A stretch of DNA of 47,307 bases, counting the filler, from Dimargaris cristalligena (Eukaryota), in the NCBI GenBank assembly GCA_003614675.1. It is 2 parts of 2 records of this genome, joined end to end, with 100 filler letters (N's around TTAATTAATTAA, not from the genome) between each part and the next. Parts side by side here need not be neighbours in the genome. Positions count along the whole stretch, not along the records: positions 23,724 to 47,307 come from ML002607.1; 1 more part is not named here. The stretch is one strand, 5' to 3'. Under the pieces are notes generated by a model. That model searched no databases. It was not told where the DNA came from and saw only the letters and a list, made by a program, of their open reading frames with translations. The position numbers were made by a program, and so were the translations under genes. Below, piece by piece: positions 45,746 to 47,307 of this stretch; the stretch's first letter is position 1; every line of letters begins with the position of its first letter.

Positions 45746-46469
45746 ATGAGTTCCTGGGCCCACAAGTTTACCGAACGCATCATGAGTAAGGAGTTCCGCT
45801 CCTACTTGTGCAGTACCCACTTCTGGGGCCCCGTCGCCAACTGGGGTTTGCCTCTGGCGGCCATGGCTGACATGAAGAAGGATCCCTCCATTATTAGTGG
45901 CAAAATGACTGCTGGTAAGTCTTACTAGATCACTTTCTTCCCCCCCCCCTCACATGCCCGAAGAAGGCGGTTGTGGCACCCGTGACCGTCGAATGCCACC
46001 AACCCTCCATACCGCCATTGTCTTATTCTATCGCTCTAGTTGAAAAGCCCACGACGAAGGCCCTTTTCCTCGGACAGCGATTCTTAGAATGAGCCTCTAG
46101 TCTCTTCACCATATATCCACTGAACATCCCTCCTGTATGGCAGCATCCTTTTACTAATCATCGAATCCATCCCAATCGGCATTTACTCTATCAATATACG
46201 ACTATCCCACCCTCCGCTTGACTCCTTGATACCATCAATCGATATTATACCCGACCATTTCAGCCCTGACGGTCTACTCGTTGGTCTTTATGCGATTCGC
46301 CTGGGTAGTCAACCCGCGTAACCACCTGCTATTTGCCTGCCATTTCGCCAACGAAATTTGCCAACTGACCCAGTGCTACCGTTTCGTCAACTACCACTAC
46401 CTCAGCGGCTCGCAAACCCACGACGAGAACAAGATTCCCCTGGACTCCAGCCCGAAGCCATCCCAGTAA
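45746..46469 (+). CDS. MPC1: Mitochondrial pyruvate carrier subunit 1 (2 exons, 124 aa)
   Basis: Exons 45746-45914 and 46264-46469 (G|GTAAGT...CTAAT...CAG|CC). Motifs [41 protein letters not shown] and [10 protein letters not shown]. Confidence 0.95.
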
Positions 46470-47307
46470 ATAAATAGCCAAATTAAAAAAAGGCTGGGCA
46501 AGTATGGTTATCGGTCGCGTCCTACCAACCGGGTGCCCGTCCCGGCTCACCTAATAAATGTCAGTCGCCTACGGCCGAAATATTTATTTAGATGGACTGA
46601 GATCCGCTACTATATTATTTTTATTTAATGTCCCAAATATTCGGACGGATTTTAAACTAGCTGTGTTTTGTGACGGTGACTACTATTTATTTTCGGAATA
46701 AAGAATGAACATTAGCGATTCATCGGCTGGAAAGATGACGCCACCCAGTTCCTGGCTCTCACTGCATTCTTCCATTACAGTTTAAGGTATGGAATGGCCC
46801 GTCTGCTTAGTAGCTACCGATTATAATCTAAATGCTGGGCCTGATATTCATTAGTAGCTGTATAGTGCGGGTAGGGTATATGATACCGATGGAATATGTA
46901 TAAAATATTAGTATTAGTCAAGCTAAACTGGTGGAATGGGGGCAACCCAGTGACTACAATGGAGTATGAGTCATAGTTTGGCCTATAGAGTGCTGCACTA
47001 CTACGTATAATCCACAGGCTAACAACATGTTTGTTGTCTCCACACTTCGCTTCCTCGCTTTTTTTTTGAATGTAAGGTCCATAAGTGCTAACTCATTTAA
47101 ACATTTTCATGTTGTGGTAGGACCTGAGACTACTTAGTTAACTACAGTATTTCTTTATTAATCAATTCTCATTACTATATCCTTTTATCAGCGAAGTCTC
47201 GATTTATTATTTTATAGCCTTGCAATATCATAGCAAGTGAGAAATACATCAAATATCATTCGCATTTATATTTGATATCATCATTAGCCAGATATATTCG
47301 TAAACTC

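Noticed and set aside
1-47307. CRISPR array, prophage, rRNA or biosynthetic/defence gene cluster
   Set aside because: No repeat-spacer array or rRNA-like sequence was seen. The genes are functionally unrelated eukaryotic housekeeping genes on two possibly unlinked contigs.

Overview
Eukaryotic, intron-containing fungal DNA. The lineage is probably non-Dikarya (early-diverging); this is inferred from a retained Twinkle helicase and ~130-420 nt GT-AG introns with CTAAY branch points. The window is two contigs joined by an artificial 100-nt spacer (N44-TTAATTAATTAA-N44, 23624-23723). The left contig holds the 3' end of a C2H2 zinc-finger gene, a Myb/SANT-like low-complexity protein, striatin, PMT2 and SCD6/LSM14. 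The right contig holds a CpG-depleted relic, a 9-exon importin-9/KAP114, tRNA-Arg(ACG), the FEX fluoride exporter, Twinkle, RPT4 (one extra C in its Walker A codons), NUP57/NUP54, a HAD_SAK RNA-repair-like protein and MPC1. Signals not shown by the ORF track: (1) two paralogous box C/D snoRNAs with the same 18S Am420 (snR52-type) guide, one in each SCD6 intron; (2) a ~143-bp MITE-like family with ~30-bp TIRs in three copies, one at the contig break; (3) a sharply bounded ~1.45-kb tract with a single CpG; (4) recurrent fold-back structure in the long introns.
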